Assembly (NCBI RefSeq): GCF_009914755.1
Contig: NC_060932.1
DNA from: the human T2T-CHM13v2.0 reference genome, Homo sapiens
DNA length: 64,000 nucleotides
Reading direction: 5' to 3' (one strand)
A program made the translations under genes and the position numbers. The notes beneath the pieces are model-generated. The model was not told where the DNA came from and did no database searches. It was given only the letters and a program-made list of their open reading frames with translations. Positions 40,507-55,408 of the stretch are shown one piece after another. The number at the start of each line of letters is the position of its first letter. Position 1 is the stretch's first letter.

Positions 40507-41394
40507 CAGAGGCAGGATTTGAATCCCAGTGTACTGACTCAGAAGTCACAGGCTGGAACTCTCCTTCATCTGATCAACAGCCACTCACTACTTGTCTCAA
40601 AGGGAGGCAGGTGAATCCACAGGAACTTTTTAATTTTCAACCCACTATATACCAGTTATTTTGGTGTGGAGGTGTTTGACTTTTCACAGTCTGTCCAGGG
40701 AGACCAAGTCACTTAGTTTTGAGATGACACCAAGGCCAAGAAAAAAAGAATAAAAGAGAAACAATTTCACACATTTTCAAATACAAAGTGATTTCAGCAT
40801 GGAAACAAAACACCATTTACATTTCTGTTAACAGTCTAGGAAACTTCCCCATAAGAGAAAGAAACCTCAAGGGCCATGCTAACTTGACTGTCTCTTTAAA
40901 TGTTACCCTGCACCTAATATATTACAAAGAAACTACAATGCAGAACAGATGGAACAGTATAAAGCAGATGCCCATCTGAAGTCTAAATAAAGGCGAGCAA
41001 TTCTTCAGTTAACAACAAGAAAATGAGGTGGCGGCACAGACAACATGGAAAAGAAGCAGTTTACAATGAAGAAAAGTTACTGGAAAATAATCACAACTGA
41101 ACAGAAGACAAAGATTATTTCATGGCATTGAAATGACTTCTCCTTATGTCTTCCTGGGGTACAAAATAGGCTTCTGTGGAATACTCAGGAGGAAAACTAA
41201 GGGAGATCTGAAGACTTTAGGGCCATGGTAGGTAATAATCGTTGGAAACATACTACCCAAGGTTTTAATAGGCTTCTAGAATAGAGCTCAGTTGTTATGA
41301 GTATTTTCTATACTGGGGGAGGCACTCAAATAACTTTAACCCAAGATTAGACATAGAAGAGGTTTACTTCTTCTGAAAAGTTTTCTTTAATTCA

Positions 41395-41575
41395 TTAGTT
41401 TTATTTTTATAATTTTAAAACTTTTGCTTTATTGACACTCTCAAACATATACAAAATTAGGATAGTACTATGAACCCACATTGCCCATTGCCCAGCTTCA
41501 ACAACCATCAGTGCCTGCCACCCTTGTTTTATCTCTCATTCCCTCTCCAGCTATATTTTTTGATATTTTAAAGCA
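41395..41575 (-). mobile_element. Ancient L1 (L1MC/ME-like) 3'-end fragment
   Basis: CAAACATATACAAAATTAGGATAGTACTATGAACCCACAT...CCCAGCTTCAACAACCATCA. Confidence 0.65.
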
Positions 41576-44339
41576 GTTTGGGTGAAATGCCCTTTCTTAG
41601 TTTTCCTGTTTGCAAAATGTCTCTACTTCATTTAGGCGACGGTTGGAAGACAAGTTGTAAAGTTTTAAGAATAAAACCTCACGAAAGTGAAGTATTCAAA
41701 TAAATGTTCATTTTAATCCTTATGTGTGGACACATAAAAACAATAACAGAAGGTAGAGAAAGATGAGATTTTTCACTGTCAAATGTAGTAGAACAAAACT
41801 AGAACAAGAAAATCAGGTGCTTTTAGGGGTCTGGCATTGTTTTAAGTATTGGATATTGGGAAATGTGAAACTCTTCAGACACACGTTTTACTGAAGTTAA
41901 ATAAGAGATTTTGGTTTAGAGGCACAGACAAATGTACCCCAGAAAAAAATCTATTAGTGAGTCAATATCTACATTTACAGGCTGGCTTTTTACTCACACT
42001 GCTGCCCTAAATGTCACTGAAAGATGGGGAGTAAAAAAAATAAAAAAAGACATTGCTGCTAGCTTCTAGAATGTTAAGAATTCCATGGTGAAGGCCGAGC
42101 AATTACAGAAGAAAGACTCCAACAAACATGAGAGGAGCCTATGTGAAAATACAATGGAAGAATTGTATATGTAAGTGCCCAGAAGATGCTGAATAATCAC
42201 TCTTGCTCACATATAGGCAGCTCTAGTGATGTGGACAGCAATTGGCCCTGTGGTCAGGCAGTGGAGATGGAAATGGTGCTCTCAGTCAAGGTGCTGACAG
42301 TAAACGCATAAACAGTCCTTATAAAGCTTCCACAAACTGCTAATGCACCCAACACTCCTCTCCTTAGCCATGAGATGATGGTTTTCATCATGCAATTTGA
42401 GACCTCCTTTACTTCGTGAAAGCATAGTTGTATTCCATTGCAATTGAAATAGTACAACATTCTGTTGTTTCTAAACATAAGCTTTAGGTTTATTTTTGGT
42501 CTCATGTCCAACTTTCTTACTCTATTTCTTAAGAACACTTGCAAGCATCAACACAATCTTCTAGTTAACTCTATAAAGATAAGGCAAATAGTTCCTGGAT
42601 AACCATCCTTGTAGCTTTTGTTGTATTGGCATCTTTACCACCCTCTGAATGTGTTTATGTAGTACAAATACTCATATATCCTCCTCCACCTCTCTCTGTC
42701 CTTCCCAAGTCCCACTAAAGGATATTCTCAAATCCTGGACTGCTAGCCATCTTTTACAAAATTTTTTGCACTAAAGAATGTTCTCATATTCCACTTTAAT
42801 GACATGAATAATCAGGTACTGGAGTAGTGTTTTTGATTTTAAAGCCAAAAAGGGAAGACAAAATTGTTTTTCTAGAAAACATTCTGCAAGCCCTGGTAAC
42901 CTGTCACAGAGTCTTTGGGATACTCAGAGCTGACGGTTCTCTAAAGCTGGCTGGGAAAACCACTAGAGGGAAAAGTAATATTGCTGCCATCTGCACAAGA
43001 GTGAAATGGGTGAAGGTGAAATGCCAGGGGAAAACAGAACATGAAGTAAATGTGCTAGAGTGAGGATGGAAGTCTCTGGGAACGGGACCTGGCATCTGCA
43101 TTGTCTTACACTTGCTCCCAGAGGCAAGGCACACCAAAGGTTACATATCACTCAGTGGCTCCTACCTGGCTGGAGAACTGTTGGACAAGGGAGTGACAAT
43201 GACATTTTGTAGATGTGACAGCATAGCAAGTGGAGAACCTAAACTGAGACATGATTGTCCTTTATAGAAAGGAAGAGATCACCAACAGAGCAAGGTGAAT
43301 TCAGCAAGCACCTTCTCAAGACTTCTATCTACTCTGTTGCTCCTTACATGGTGACTGCGAGTTCTCTTATCCTGCGAAGGGCAGGGCTCAGGTAATGTTG
43401 CTCAGGTACTTCCAATGGTGATTTCCTGAGGGAGTGGAACTGCACTGCAATGAGGCATTTTCATAATGAGAACATCCTGGATTCAGTTATCTTAGCACTA
43501 TCATCGCTACTAAGCTTGCTAAGTATTCCCAACTCTCCTTAGGACTTGTACATCTTCAAAACACCCACAACTGGCTAATTGGTTAGGACTTGGCCAGACA
43601 GCTCCAGGTGGCTAATTGGTAAAGCAATATCTCAAAGAGGATTCATCTTTAATTATGGGCATCTGACATCTTTATGTAGGTTTTATGAGATATTAGATAT
43701 ATTTTCACTAGACATCCATTGAAGCCATATGGCAGTCTTGAATATGTAGAACAAATGAGGCATAATAAAGCATTATTTATTTATTTATTTTAGAATGGCA
43801 AGACATACTGTTGAGGGTGATTTTTTTACAAGTTGAGGATGGAAATTCAGGAGTTTAAACAGTAGAGAAGACATTCTTTATGTATTGCTTCAGGATGAAT
43901 GGAGGTGAATACAAGCACAGACACAATCCAAAATGCAATAAAGGAAAGTGATCCAGAATGAGTTACCCTTATTCCAAGAGGAATATCAAAGATGTAAGAT
44001 AAAATAGTGTATTGGCTGTGTGTCCTTGTTTTCACCAAATAAATCAGTTGGAACTAGATTCCCTCTCTTTGGATCATTCAGTCATTTATTTCAACACTAA
44101 TTTAGAATCTAGTATGATAAATAATAGGGATCAGACTTATAATAGGCTCATGGATACTTAAGTGGTCCATGAATGGGCATCAAGAGAACCTGTGATTCTC
44201 TTAAAGTATATGTAAAATTTGTATATAGGAATTTTTCTGAAGGGAAGGTTTACAGGTTTAATGAGATTAAAAGTCACATGATTGAAAAAAAGGTGAAGAA
44301 CCATAGGGCTGCATATCCAAGACTGTACGACATCATACA

Positions 44340-45557
44340 ATATAAGACAATAAGGTACATGAATATCACCTTTTATTAGTCCATTTTCACACTGTTATAA
44401 AGACATACCTGAGACTGGGTAATTTATAAAGAAAAGAGGTTTAATTGACTCACAATTCCAAAGGGCTGAGGAGGCCTCAGGGAACTTACAATCATGGCAG
44501 AGGGGAAAGAGGCATGTCTTATATGGTGGCAGGCAAGACAGAGTGGTGAGTGAAAGTAGAAGAGCTCCTTATAAAGCCATCAGATCTTGTGAGAACTCAC
44601 TCACTATCACGAGAAGAGTATGGAGTAAACTGCCTGATGATCCAATCACCTCCCACCAGGTCTGTCCCTTGACACATGAGGATTACAATTCAAGATGAAA
44701 TTTGGGTGGGGACACAAAGCCAAACCATATCACACCTCATATCTGTCAGAATGGCTATTATTAAAAAGACAAAAGATAAATATTGGTGAGGATGTGGAGA
44801 AAGGAAAACCCTTGCACACTGTTGGTGGGGATGTAAATTAGTACAACCAGTATGGAAAATGGTATGGAACTTCCTTAAAATCTAAAGTAGAATTACCATA
44901 TAATCTAACAATCCCACTTCTGGGCATATATTCAAGGGATATTAAACCAGTATGTTGAAGATATATTTGCACTCCCATGTTCATTGCAGCATTATTCACA
45001 AAGGGCAAGATATGGAATCAAACCAAGTGTTGGTCAGTGAGGAACAAATAAAGAAAATGTGGTATATATGCACAATGCAATCCTATTTGTCTTTAAAAAA
45101 GAAGATCCTGTCATTTGCAATAATGTGGATGAACCTGGAGGACATTGCATTAAGTAAAATAGGACAGCCACAGAAAGATAAATACTGCATGATCTCTCTT
45201 ATTTGTGGAATTAAAAAAATGGAAATTCATAGAAGTAGAGAGTAAAAAGGTAACAGTTACCAGAGGCTAGGGGGTGGAGGGGTTGAGGAGATACTGGTCA
45301 AATGATAAAAAATTTAATTTAACAGGAGAAATAAATCTAAGAGATCCATTGTACAACATGGTAACTACAGTTAATAACAATACATTGCATCCTTGGGAAT
45401 TGCTAAGAAAGTATATTTTAAGCATTCTCTCCACAAAAAATGGTAACTGTGAGATAATACATGTTAGTTGGCTTGACTTAGCCATTCTGTTTTATATATA
45501 TATATCAAAATATCATGCTGTACTAACATATACATTTTGTACTTGTCAGTTAAAAAG
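44340..45557 (+). mobile_element. L1MA (9-like) 3' end, interrupted by a MaLR LTR
   Basis: TCAGAATGGCTATTATTAAAAAGACAAAAGATAA...GAACCTGGAGGACATTGCATTAAG...TTGTCAGTTAAAAA. Confidence 0.9.
44372..44732 (-). mobile_element. THE1D/MSTA-like (ERVL-MaLR) solo LTR
   Basis: TATTAGTCCATTTTCACACTG...GGGGACACAAAGCCAAACCATATCA. Perfect 5-bp TSD CACCT at 44367-44371 and 44733-44737. Confidence 0.95.
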
Positions 45558-46137
45558 CCAAAACCCATAGAGCTCCATAATGAAGACCATAAAACATCAT
45601 ATAATGTAAGTTACTAGGGTACATGAGCAATTTACTCTTCCCTCCTCCACCTCAGCCTTTTTAAGAAAAAGGCATATATATACCCTATTCATTTTGAAGA
45701 AGGTAGGTTACTAGACTTCATAAATGCCCAAGAATTTCTCAAGTCTTTATGATGCCATGATTCTCAGAAAATAATTTTGCTACCTGAAAGATCAAAAATT
45801 ATCCTAAAGAAATAAAACCAAGAGTGGAGGATAAATAAAACCTGTTTAAAAAAATGCTCTGAGAAGGCCAAAGACATATGGTTCCTACCATTCCCAAGCT
45901 GGGGTACATCATTTCATCAGCTCAACATGAAGGCATCACCTCAATAGCATGTGGACAGAGTGGGTTTGCTAGGAAAGATGAGATGGGGAGAAACAAATTC
46001 TTGGTTCCTCCTCACCTCTGGTGTTGAGTCAAATATTCTCACTGATTTGGCTTTTTAGCACATATTTCCATCTTATTTTTATTAATGAGTTTGAAAACCT
46101 TTATTATGCTATACAGTTTGCCAGCATTTCCCATCTG

Positions 46138-46138
<1 letters not shown>

Positions 46139-46170
<32 letters not shown>
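46139..46170 (+). repeat. (TG)16 microsatellite
   Basis: Perfect TG repeat. Confidence 0.98.
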
Positions 46171-46173
<3 letters not shown>

Positions 46174-46208
46174 TTAAAGATATACAGGCTTACAGTTTAA
46201 AAGAATCA

Positions 46209-46545
<337 letters not shown>

Positions 46546-46969
46546 AAAGAAATCCTACAACATCCCTCCTTCTGCTCCCTAACCTAGTTAACTGATTATT
46601 TTGGCATATCTCTCCATATCTCTAAATGATTGCTACTTCTCACTATGAAAGCAGAGGATTTAACTTTCCTCCCTCCACTTCTATCACACACGTTCTCCTT
46701 CCCATTCCCTACTTTCATCTCAATACAGTAATTTTCATTAAATCAATATTTAGTGTTTACTCTTCAGCACTGACTATTTAAATGCTATCCAAGGCTGAGA
46801 ATGAAGTAAACTATCATCATAATTCCTTTCCTGCATGACTATTGTTTTTCTGGGAAGCAATGATAATCTTGTTCTTTAATTTGTTTGGTTTTTAAATACT
46901 TATCACCAACTCAGCCCCAAACTCTATACCAGTTGTCTAAATTCTCTCTCAACATGTTCCATAATTCAG

Positions 46970-47369
<400 letters not shown>

Positions 47370-47631
47370 CTACCTTCTTTAGGATAAATATTCAGCCACC
47401 AACCCGAGTGTGAGCATGGTAGTCTCCTGAATATAGAGAGTAAAAGAAAGGATGTGGGGATCTGATTGTTTCTCAAACTTTCCAATAATCTTCTTTATTT
47501 TAGCTCAGATATCATTATCTTGCTAATGTATCTATTTCCTTCCAGCTCTCCAAATTTTTGCACTGTCCTCTTTCCTATTATTTTCCATGTCTTGGTGGAT
47601 TTATGCCTTTCACATTCTTCTTTGCTTTTGT

Positions 47632-47698
<67 letters not shown>
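47632..47698 (+). repeat. Compound (TC)13(TG)20 microsatellite
   Basis: Read directly from the sequence. Confidence 0.98.
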
Positions 47699-47700
<2 letters not shown>

Positions 47701-49530
47701 GCAGGAAACAAATGTAGAAGTGTGCATTCGACCTGCTTTCGCTGTTTTTGAGAATGTTTTAGAAATCAATATCATAGAAACCTAGGAAAATACTTTAAGC
47801 AGGCATTTTATCAACAGCTATTTATAAGACAATAACCAACATGTTTATTTGTAACTTATATGTGAAGAAAATGAGGCCCATTCTGCTTCAAGTAAGTCAT
47901 CTGCCAGATTGATGTAGATATTGAACACCTTATGCCCAGGCCCCCTTTTCACTTAACCTTTCTAATTTTAGGCTTCCATAGAGCATTGCCTTCTTGATAG
48001 TCTATGGCTGCTTTCAGGTTCCAAATACCTGAGAGTTGCCTCAGTCAATCAATACCTTCTGTCATGCTCTATTACAGCTGATCAATATGGACAAGGATGC
48101 AATGAGGTGGAAGCAAGACGTTTTATTCAATCAGGTTTTTGGTCTCTTTTATTGACCCCAATACTCTGGTAGTGTTTACAAAACTTCTACATTCTTCTCA
48201 TCTAATTTGTTTTATTCCAGTTAGCAAGAATTGTTTGCATAAAACACCTGCACCCCCCTTCCTTCCTAGTTGCAGATGGAATCCATCTTTGTGTACAGAT
48301 CTGGATCCAAGACTCATCTCCACCCAATGTGCGCAACCCTGGCTAGGTAAATCATCACTACTATAGTCATATCTCATCTGTGCAATGGGAGTTGTTAGGC
48401 TTGCAAACTGGGGTCAGCAGACATATTTAGTGTCTGCCACAATAAATTTTATTTTTTGAATGTGATTGCTTTTAACGATGGTGGAAGAGGAGAAAATAAG
48501 TTAGAGTTTTCTGCAGTAATTGTTACTTCCTATCACAGAAACATGGCTGAGCTGCTTCACAATTCCTATGAACTGTCTGCTCCCTAAATGGATTTGAGGT
48601 TTCTTGCACAATAACTGGAGGTTCTTTCATATCCCTGTTAATACTAACTTCTTCTGAGTTTATGGACATTGCAAATAACATTAGCCAAAATACCCCAGAA
48701 TCTTGGGGGTGGAAGAGTAGACTAGCTATATAATCACCTAGAATCAGAAGGAAAATGTTATAAAATAAAACGACTTTTCTTTCCTTTTATATGTTTGTGT
48801 ATTTTTCTTTGATCAATGCCCAAGAAGTAGCCGAGTCCTCTTGCTATATATTTCCATTTCCTGAATAGACTTTAGTACCAGCAATATCATTACCATCCCG
48901 TTTCTTTTCTCCTATCTCACTCTATATGTTTGTTATATTTAGATTGTAAATTCCCCACAGGGTATGATGGTCTTGAGTTTTCAGCCTTCTCTTGTAAATG
49001 TTTATTTGGATTTTACTTTTGCTGTACATGTAGCACATTGAAAGAAAACATTCCTCATTTTTATTTAGGCTTTTTAGGGGGAGTTGGGGAGTCACAGAAC
49101 ATAATGTGTGCTTTTAGTACTTTCCAGTGCTTGGATATTACAGGGGAAATTAATGACACAGTCATAAGACAATCTTTCCTAGTGATCTCATCTGCACATC
49201 TATGACCATATTCTAGATCATGCATTTGATCTTATAATCCAAAAGACAACAACACATATATCCTATATCACAGTGAGAAAGAATGCATAGCAAATGAATA
49301 AATAACAAACAAGCATAAAGAAGAGATAAGATAAAATATTTATAACATGAGAAGTCCAAGGGGTTACTGCATCATTTGAATATAATTATTGGGTAAGTGA
49401 GGGTCACAGGAGCTCCAAGTTTAAACCAAATGGAGCATGGGGAAGTTATTATGTCTCTTCTTACAGAATTCATTGTTGGAATTCTGCAAACTGCTTGAAT
49501 GCATAGAAAGAATGTGAGGCTAAGAGGGGG

Positions 49531-51862
49531 TATATTAGTCCATTCTCATGCTGCTAATTGATACTGAGTAATTTATAAAGGAAAGAGGTTTAACTGACTT
49601 GACAGTTCAGCATGGCTGAGAGGCCTCAGGAAACTTATAATCATGGTGGACAGGGAAGAAAACATGTCCTTCTTCACATGGTAGCAGGAGAGAGAAGTGC
49701 CGAGCAAAAGCCTCTTATAAAACCATCAGCTCTCATGATACCTCACTCACTATCATGAGAATAGCATAAGGGTAACTGTCCCCATGATTAAATTACCTCC
49801 CACAAATTCCCTCCCATGACATGCAGGGATTATGGGAACTACAATTCAAGATGAGATTTGGATGGAGACACACCCAAACCATATCATTCCACCCTTGGCC
49901 CCTCCCAAATCTCATGTCCTCACATTTGAAAATAGAAACATATCCTTTCAAGAGTCCCCCAAAGTCTTAACTCATTTCAGCATTAACTAAGAAGTCCAAG
50001 TCCAAAATCTCATCTGAGACAAGGCAAGTCCCTTCCACCTATGAGCCTGTAAACTCAAAAGCAAGTTAGTTACTTCTAGATACAATGGGGGTAAAGGCAT
50101 TGGGTAAATACAACCTCCAAATGGGAGAAATTGGCCAAAACAAAGGGGCTACAGGCCTCATGCAAGTCTGAAATCCAATAGGGCAGTCATTAAACCTTAA
50201 AGTTCCAAAGTGATCTCCTTTGACTCCTTGTCTTATATACAGCTCCCACTGATGCAAGACACTGATGCTACCACAGCCTTGGGCAGCTCTGCCCCTGTGG
50301 CTTTGTAGAGTACAGCCCCCCACTTCCTGGCTGCTTTCATGGGCTGGCATTGAGTGCCTGTGGCTTTTCCAGACTCACAGTGCAAGCTGTCAGTGGATCT
50401 ACAATTCTGAGGTCTGTAGGACAGTGCCCCTCTACTCATAGCACCACTAAGCAGTGCCCCAGTGGGGACTCTGTGTGGGGGCTCCGATCCCATATTTCCC
50501 TTCCACAGTGCCCTAGCAGAGATTCTGTATGAGGTCTCTGCCCGTGGAGCAAACTTCTGCCAGGACATCCAGGCATTTCCATACATCCTCTGAAATCCAG
50601 GCAGAGGTTTCCAAACCTTAATTCTTGATCTCTGTGTACCCACAGGCTCAACACCGCATAGAAGCTGCCAAGGCTTGGGGCTTACACCCTCTTAAGCAAG
50701 AGCCTGAGCTGTACCTTGACCCCTTTTAGCCATAGCTGGAGTAGCTGGAAAACAAGGTATCAAGTCTTGAGACAGCACACAGCAGTGGGGGCCTTGAGCC
50801 TAGCCTACCAAACCATGTGTCCTTCCTATGCCTCTGGGCCTGGGGCCTGTGATGGGAGGGGCTGGCTGCAGTGAAGGTCTCTGACTTACCCTGGAGACAT
50901 ATTACCCATTGTCTGGGTGATTAACATTTGGCGCCTTGTTAGTTATGCAAATTTCTGCAGCTGGCTTGAATTTATCCCCAGAAAATGGGGTTTTCTTTTC
51001 TGTTGCATCGTCATGCTGCAAAATTTCCAAACTTTTATGGTCTGCTTCCTCTTGAATGTTTTGTTGCTTAGAAATTTCTTTTGCCAGATACCCTAAATCA
51101 TCTCTCTCAAGTTCAAAGTTCCACAGATCTCTAGGCCAGATGTAAAATACTGCCAGTCCCTTTACATAGCAAGAGTCATCTTTACTCCTGTTCCTAACAA
51201 GTTCCTCATCTCCATCTGAGACCATCTCAGCCTGGAATTCATTGTCCATATCACTATTAGCATTTTGGTTAAAGCCATTCATCAAGTCTCTAGGAAGTTC
51301 CAAACTTTCCCACATCTGCCTGTCTCCTGAGCTCTCCAAGTGTGTAGGAAGTTCCAAATGTTCACACATTTTCCTGTCTTCTTCTGAGTCCTTCAAATTG
51401 ATCCAACCTCTGCCTGTTACCCAGTTCCAAAGTCACTTCCACATTTTCAAGTATCCTTATAGCGGCACAACCTCTACCATACTAATTTACTGTATTAGTC
51501 TGTTCTCATGCTGCTAATAAAGACATACCTGAGACTGGGTAATTTATAAAGAAAAGTGGTGTAATTGACTCACAGTTCAGCATGCTGGGGAGACCTCAGG
51601 AAACTTACAATCATAGAAGAATGGGAAGCAAAGGGGAAGAAAACATGTCCTTCTTCACATGGTGGTAGCAAGAAGTGCTGCACAAAGTCCCTTATAAAAC
51701 CATCAACTCTTGTGAAACTCAGTCACTATTACGAGAACAGCATGAGGGTAACCACGCCCATGATTAAATTACCTCCCACCACATCCTTTCTATGGCACAT
51801 GGAGATTATGGGAGCAAAAATTCAAGATGAGATTTGGATGGGGACACGGCCAAACCATATCA
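49531..51862 (-). mobile_element. Complete THE1 (C/D-like) MaLR element: LTR 49531-49886, internal 49887-51490, LTR 51491-51862
   Basis: Two homologous LTRs (T(G/A)TATTAGTC...CAAACCATATCA). Polypurine-tract complement TTCCACCCTTGGCCCCTCCC next to the left LTR. Broken MaLR internal ORF pieces. TSD GGGGG / GGGAG. Confidence 0.97.
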
Positions 51863-53979
51863 GGGAGTGAAACAAAAATAATTTTTGAAGATCTCTCATA
51901 TGTCACTTGTGTAATAGCAGCTTTTATATAAGTTTCCCCACTGAATTTTATTTAAGAGAAAGATCCACAATAACAGACTGGACAAAGTAGCTGGTTAAAC
52001 AGCTTAAGAGATGGGGGAAGGTACAGCTCAGAGTTCGGGAGACCCTCCCAGAGTGGCCCCATGATGAACTCTGAGACATTGGATAAGGATTGTTGTGAAA
52101 CAGACTGTCAATACATGGCCTTAAAGGAAGGCAGGGCGGAGGGGTTGATTCAATCCAGTGAACATTCTGAACCCCAGCAACAGTGAGCTGTATTAGTGAG
52201 TACAGGCACACAGATGGGAAACTGGAGAACCTGCCTCAAGGAATGTATCCTGTGGAAATAGCATCATGGAAACAAGTACAGTCCTCAGGTAGGAACAGTT
52301 GTCTCCAGGAGATCAAGATAAAAGTAAAACAAGCAAGGCCTGGATCCATGACACTAAGAGTGGCTGTGATCTATCCAGTGTCTACTTTGTGCCCATCATT
52401 GCGCTGCACTCAACGTAAGGTATTGCATTTCTTAATCAATATTAGTTAATGTTTATTTGGTGCTCACTAAATTACAGGCTGATATCATTTTGTTTAATTT
52501 TTACTCCTGTAGTATGAGGCAGGTATTACATTTTCTGCTTTATAGACAAGGAAGTAGCTCAGGGAAGAAATTTGTAGATGACCAAGTTGAGCATATAGTT
52601 AAGAGTGCTGCATGACATGAACCTATGATTCCAGTATAAGTAAAAGTGTGGACACAGAAGAATGTGAAGAAAAATAAAATAGGAGAATTTGGTCAAATTC
52701 TTATTTGACCAAATAAGCACAAAAGGAAAATACTGAAGTCATTACTCTGTGAGGTTTCCTGCATATGGCTTTGGCAATTTTCGAGAAATGATGCTTTTGA
52801 CAGAGAAATAGGACAACATATCAAGGAAGAATGTGTATTCCATCCACATTCATAATGATGTTTTGTTTTATACATTACGAAATGACAGACAATACAAAAT
52901 GTAGAGTGTAGAGTCTAGCTAAGAACAATAAATGCCTGTGTATCTATTACGAGCTTAACATAGAGAAAACTGTATACAAGCCCTTCCCTGATTCCATCCC
53001 TCCCATGCTCTCCTCAGATGTAACCAAGACTTTGAATTTTGTGTTAATGATTTACTTTTCTTTACAATTTACATACATATATCTTTCCAAATATACATTA
53101 AAATGCTCCTATTTGTAAACTTTGTATATAAACTGCATATAAATGGAATGTTACAGTATGTGTATTCTGTGATTAGCTTTCTTGCTCCACAGTATTCATC
53201 CATGTGGACAAACACATAGATATGGTCCATTTGCTTTCCTCCTATATAGGAGGCCATTTTATAAAGACATCACAATTGATTTATCAATTCTAAGTCAAAG
53301 GATAATTGGGTAATTTTCAGTTTACAGCTATGAAAGTCAAAGTTGCTATGAATATTCTTGTGCATGTCTCCTGGTGTACAAGTTATGCTCTATCCCATGT
53401 TTCTATAGGCTAGAACTTCCAAAATTACACTGATATTATGCTATGTTGTGATAGCAAGCATCCTTGTTTTGTTCATAATTTTGAAGGGGCTTTTAAAAAT
53501 ATTTCACCATTGAGAGTGATGTTTGCTCTATGTCTATTGTAGACATACTTTATCAGGTTAAGGAAGTTCCAATCTATTCATAGTTTTGTTAAAAATTTAT
53601 CATGAATGGTTGTAGAACTTTATAGAATAATTTTTTTATATTTATTGAGATTACACAGTTTTTCTCCTTTAGTAAGTTGATATGATGAACAATTTTCTAA
53701 TTTTGTTTTCAGGGATAACCCCAAATTTAGCTCTATCAATTAAAAAACCAATTCTTAGGATGGCTTGTTAACATTCTGTTTACTTGTTAATGTTCTAAGT
53801 ATTTGAATAATAGGTAATTTTATTTTCTTACACTGCTTGTGTTTAGTTTTGGATCCAAGGTTAATACTGCCCTTGTAAGATAAGTTTGGGGAAATTCTCT
53901 CTTTTTCTATTATCTAAAATAATTTACATGCTTTGGAATGGAATACTTGATAAAACTCACTCACATGCAAAAATCTGCT

Positions 53980-54470
53980 TTTTTAAAAAAGTAATTACAA
54001 CTTTTATTTTAGATTCAGGAGGCACATGTGCAGGTTTGTTACATAGGTGTATTATGTGATACTGAGGTTTGAGATACAAATGATCTCATTACCCAGGTAG
54101 TGAGCACAGTATCCAACAGTTAATTTTTCAGTCTTTGACCCCATCCCTCTCTCTCCTCTCTAGTAATCCCCAATGTCCATTGTAGCCATTTCTATGTTCA
54201 TGAGTACCCAGCATTTAGCTCCCACTTGGAAGTGAGAGCATGTGATATTTGGTTCTGTTCCTGCATTAATTTGCTTAGGATAATGGCCTCTAGCTACATC
54301 CATGTTGCTGCAAAGGACATGATTTCATTCTTTTTAATGGATGCAAAGTATTCCATGATGTATGTGTAACACATTTTCTTTATCCAATCCACCATTGATG
54401 GGCACCTATGTTAATGCCATGTCTTCACTATTGTAAGTAGTGCTGTGATGAACATGTGAGTGCATGTGTA
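53980..54470 (-). mobile_element. L1PA15/16-like 3' end
   Basis: CTTTTATTTTAGATTCAGGAGGCACATGTGCAGGTTTGTTACATAGG...TGCTTAGGATAATGGCCTCTAGC. Confidence 0.92.
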
Positions 54471-55119
54471 TACAAAATAGATTCTTCAACGTTTGTTGAA
54501 ACCTTATGCTCCAGAACATGATTAATTTTTATAAAGTTTCTATGTCCCCCTCAGAGAAATAACTACACTCCAGTTGTTGGAATAGTGTTCCATATAAGGC
54601 CAACCTTCTTCCTTGCATTGTTCTAGATTTCTATATGCTACTAAAAACAAAAATTTCCTACTATATTTTAGAATTGTGCATTTCTGTATATGTTGTAATT
54701 TTGTTAATTTGTCTTAAATATTTGGAGCTATGTGATTCAGTACACATAAATTCAACATTATAGTTGCCTGAAGAATGTTAACTTTGAAGAAAACGCAGTA
54801 CACTTCTTTTTCTCTAGTATACTACTTGTTGCCTTTAATTCTGTCTTTTGATATTATTATATTAAGGAAGGTTCTTCATTTTCTGGAATACAAAATTTCT
54901 ACCCTTTAGGTTCAACCATTTTGTGTGTCCCATAAACAACATTTGGCTGGATTTTGTCTGATTGTGGATATGTGGGTTAATCTGGTTTGACAACTTTTGT
55001 CTTTTAATGGGAGAGGACAATAACAGTTGGATTGATTTTATTGACTGAAATATCTGGATTTGTTTTTACAACTTTTTTGTTTTGTAGTATTTGTTTCATT
55101 TTTCTATATTTCTTCTTGA

Positions 55120-55408
<289 letters not shown>

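Noticed and set aside
42254-42544. 96-aa ORF in unique sequence
   Set aside because: No recognisable domain or flanking splice signals, and the length is within random expectation.
48395-48620. Possible old hAT-Charlie-type DNA transposon
   Set aside because: Too degenerate to name or bound with confidence.
50902-51396. 164-aa ORF with an internal repeat (EEDRKMCEHLELP / SGDRQMWESLELP)
   Set aside because: It is a remnant of the THE1 internal ORF. As I recall, the ~57-bp duplication at ~51289-51400 occurs in many THE1C/D internal copies, so it is not treated as locus-specific.
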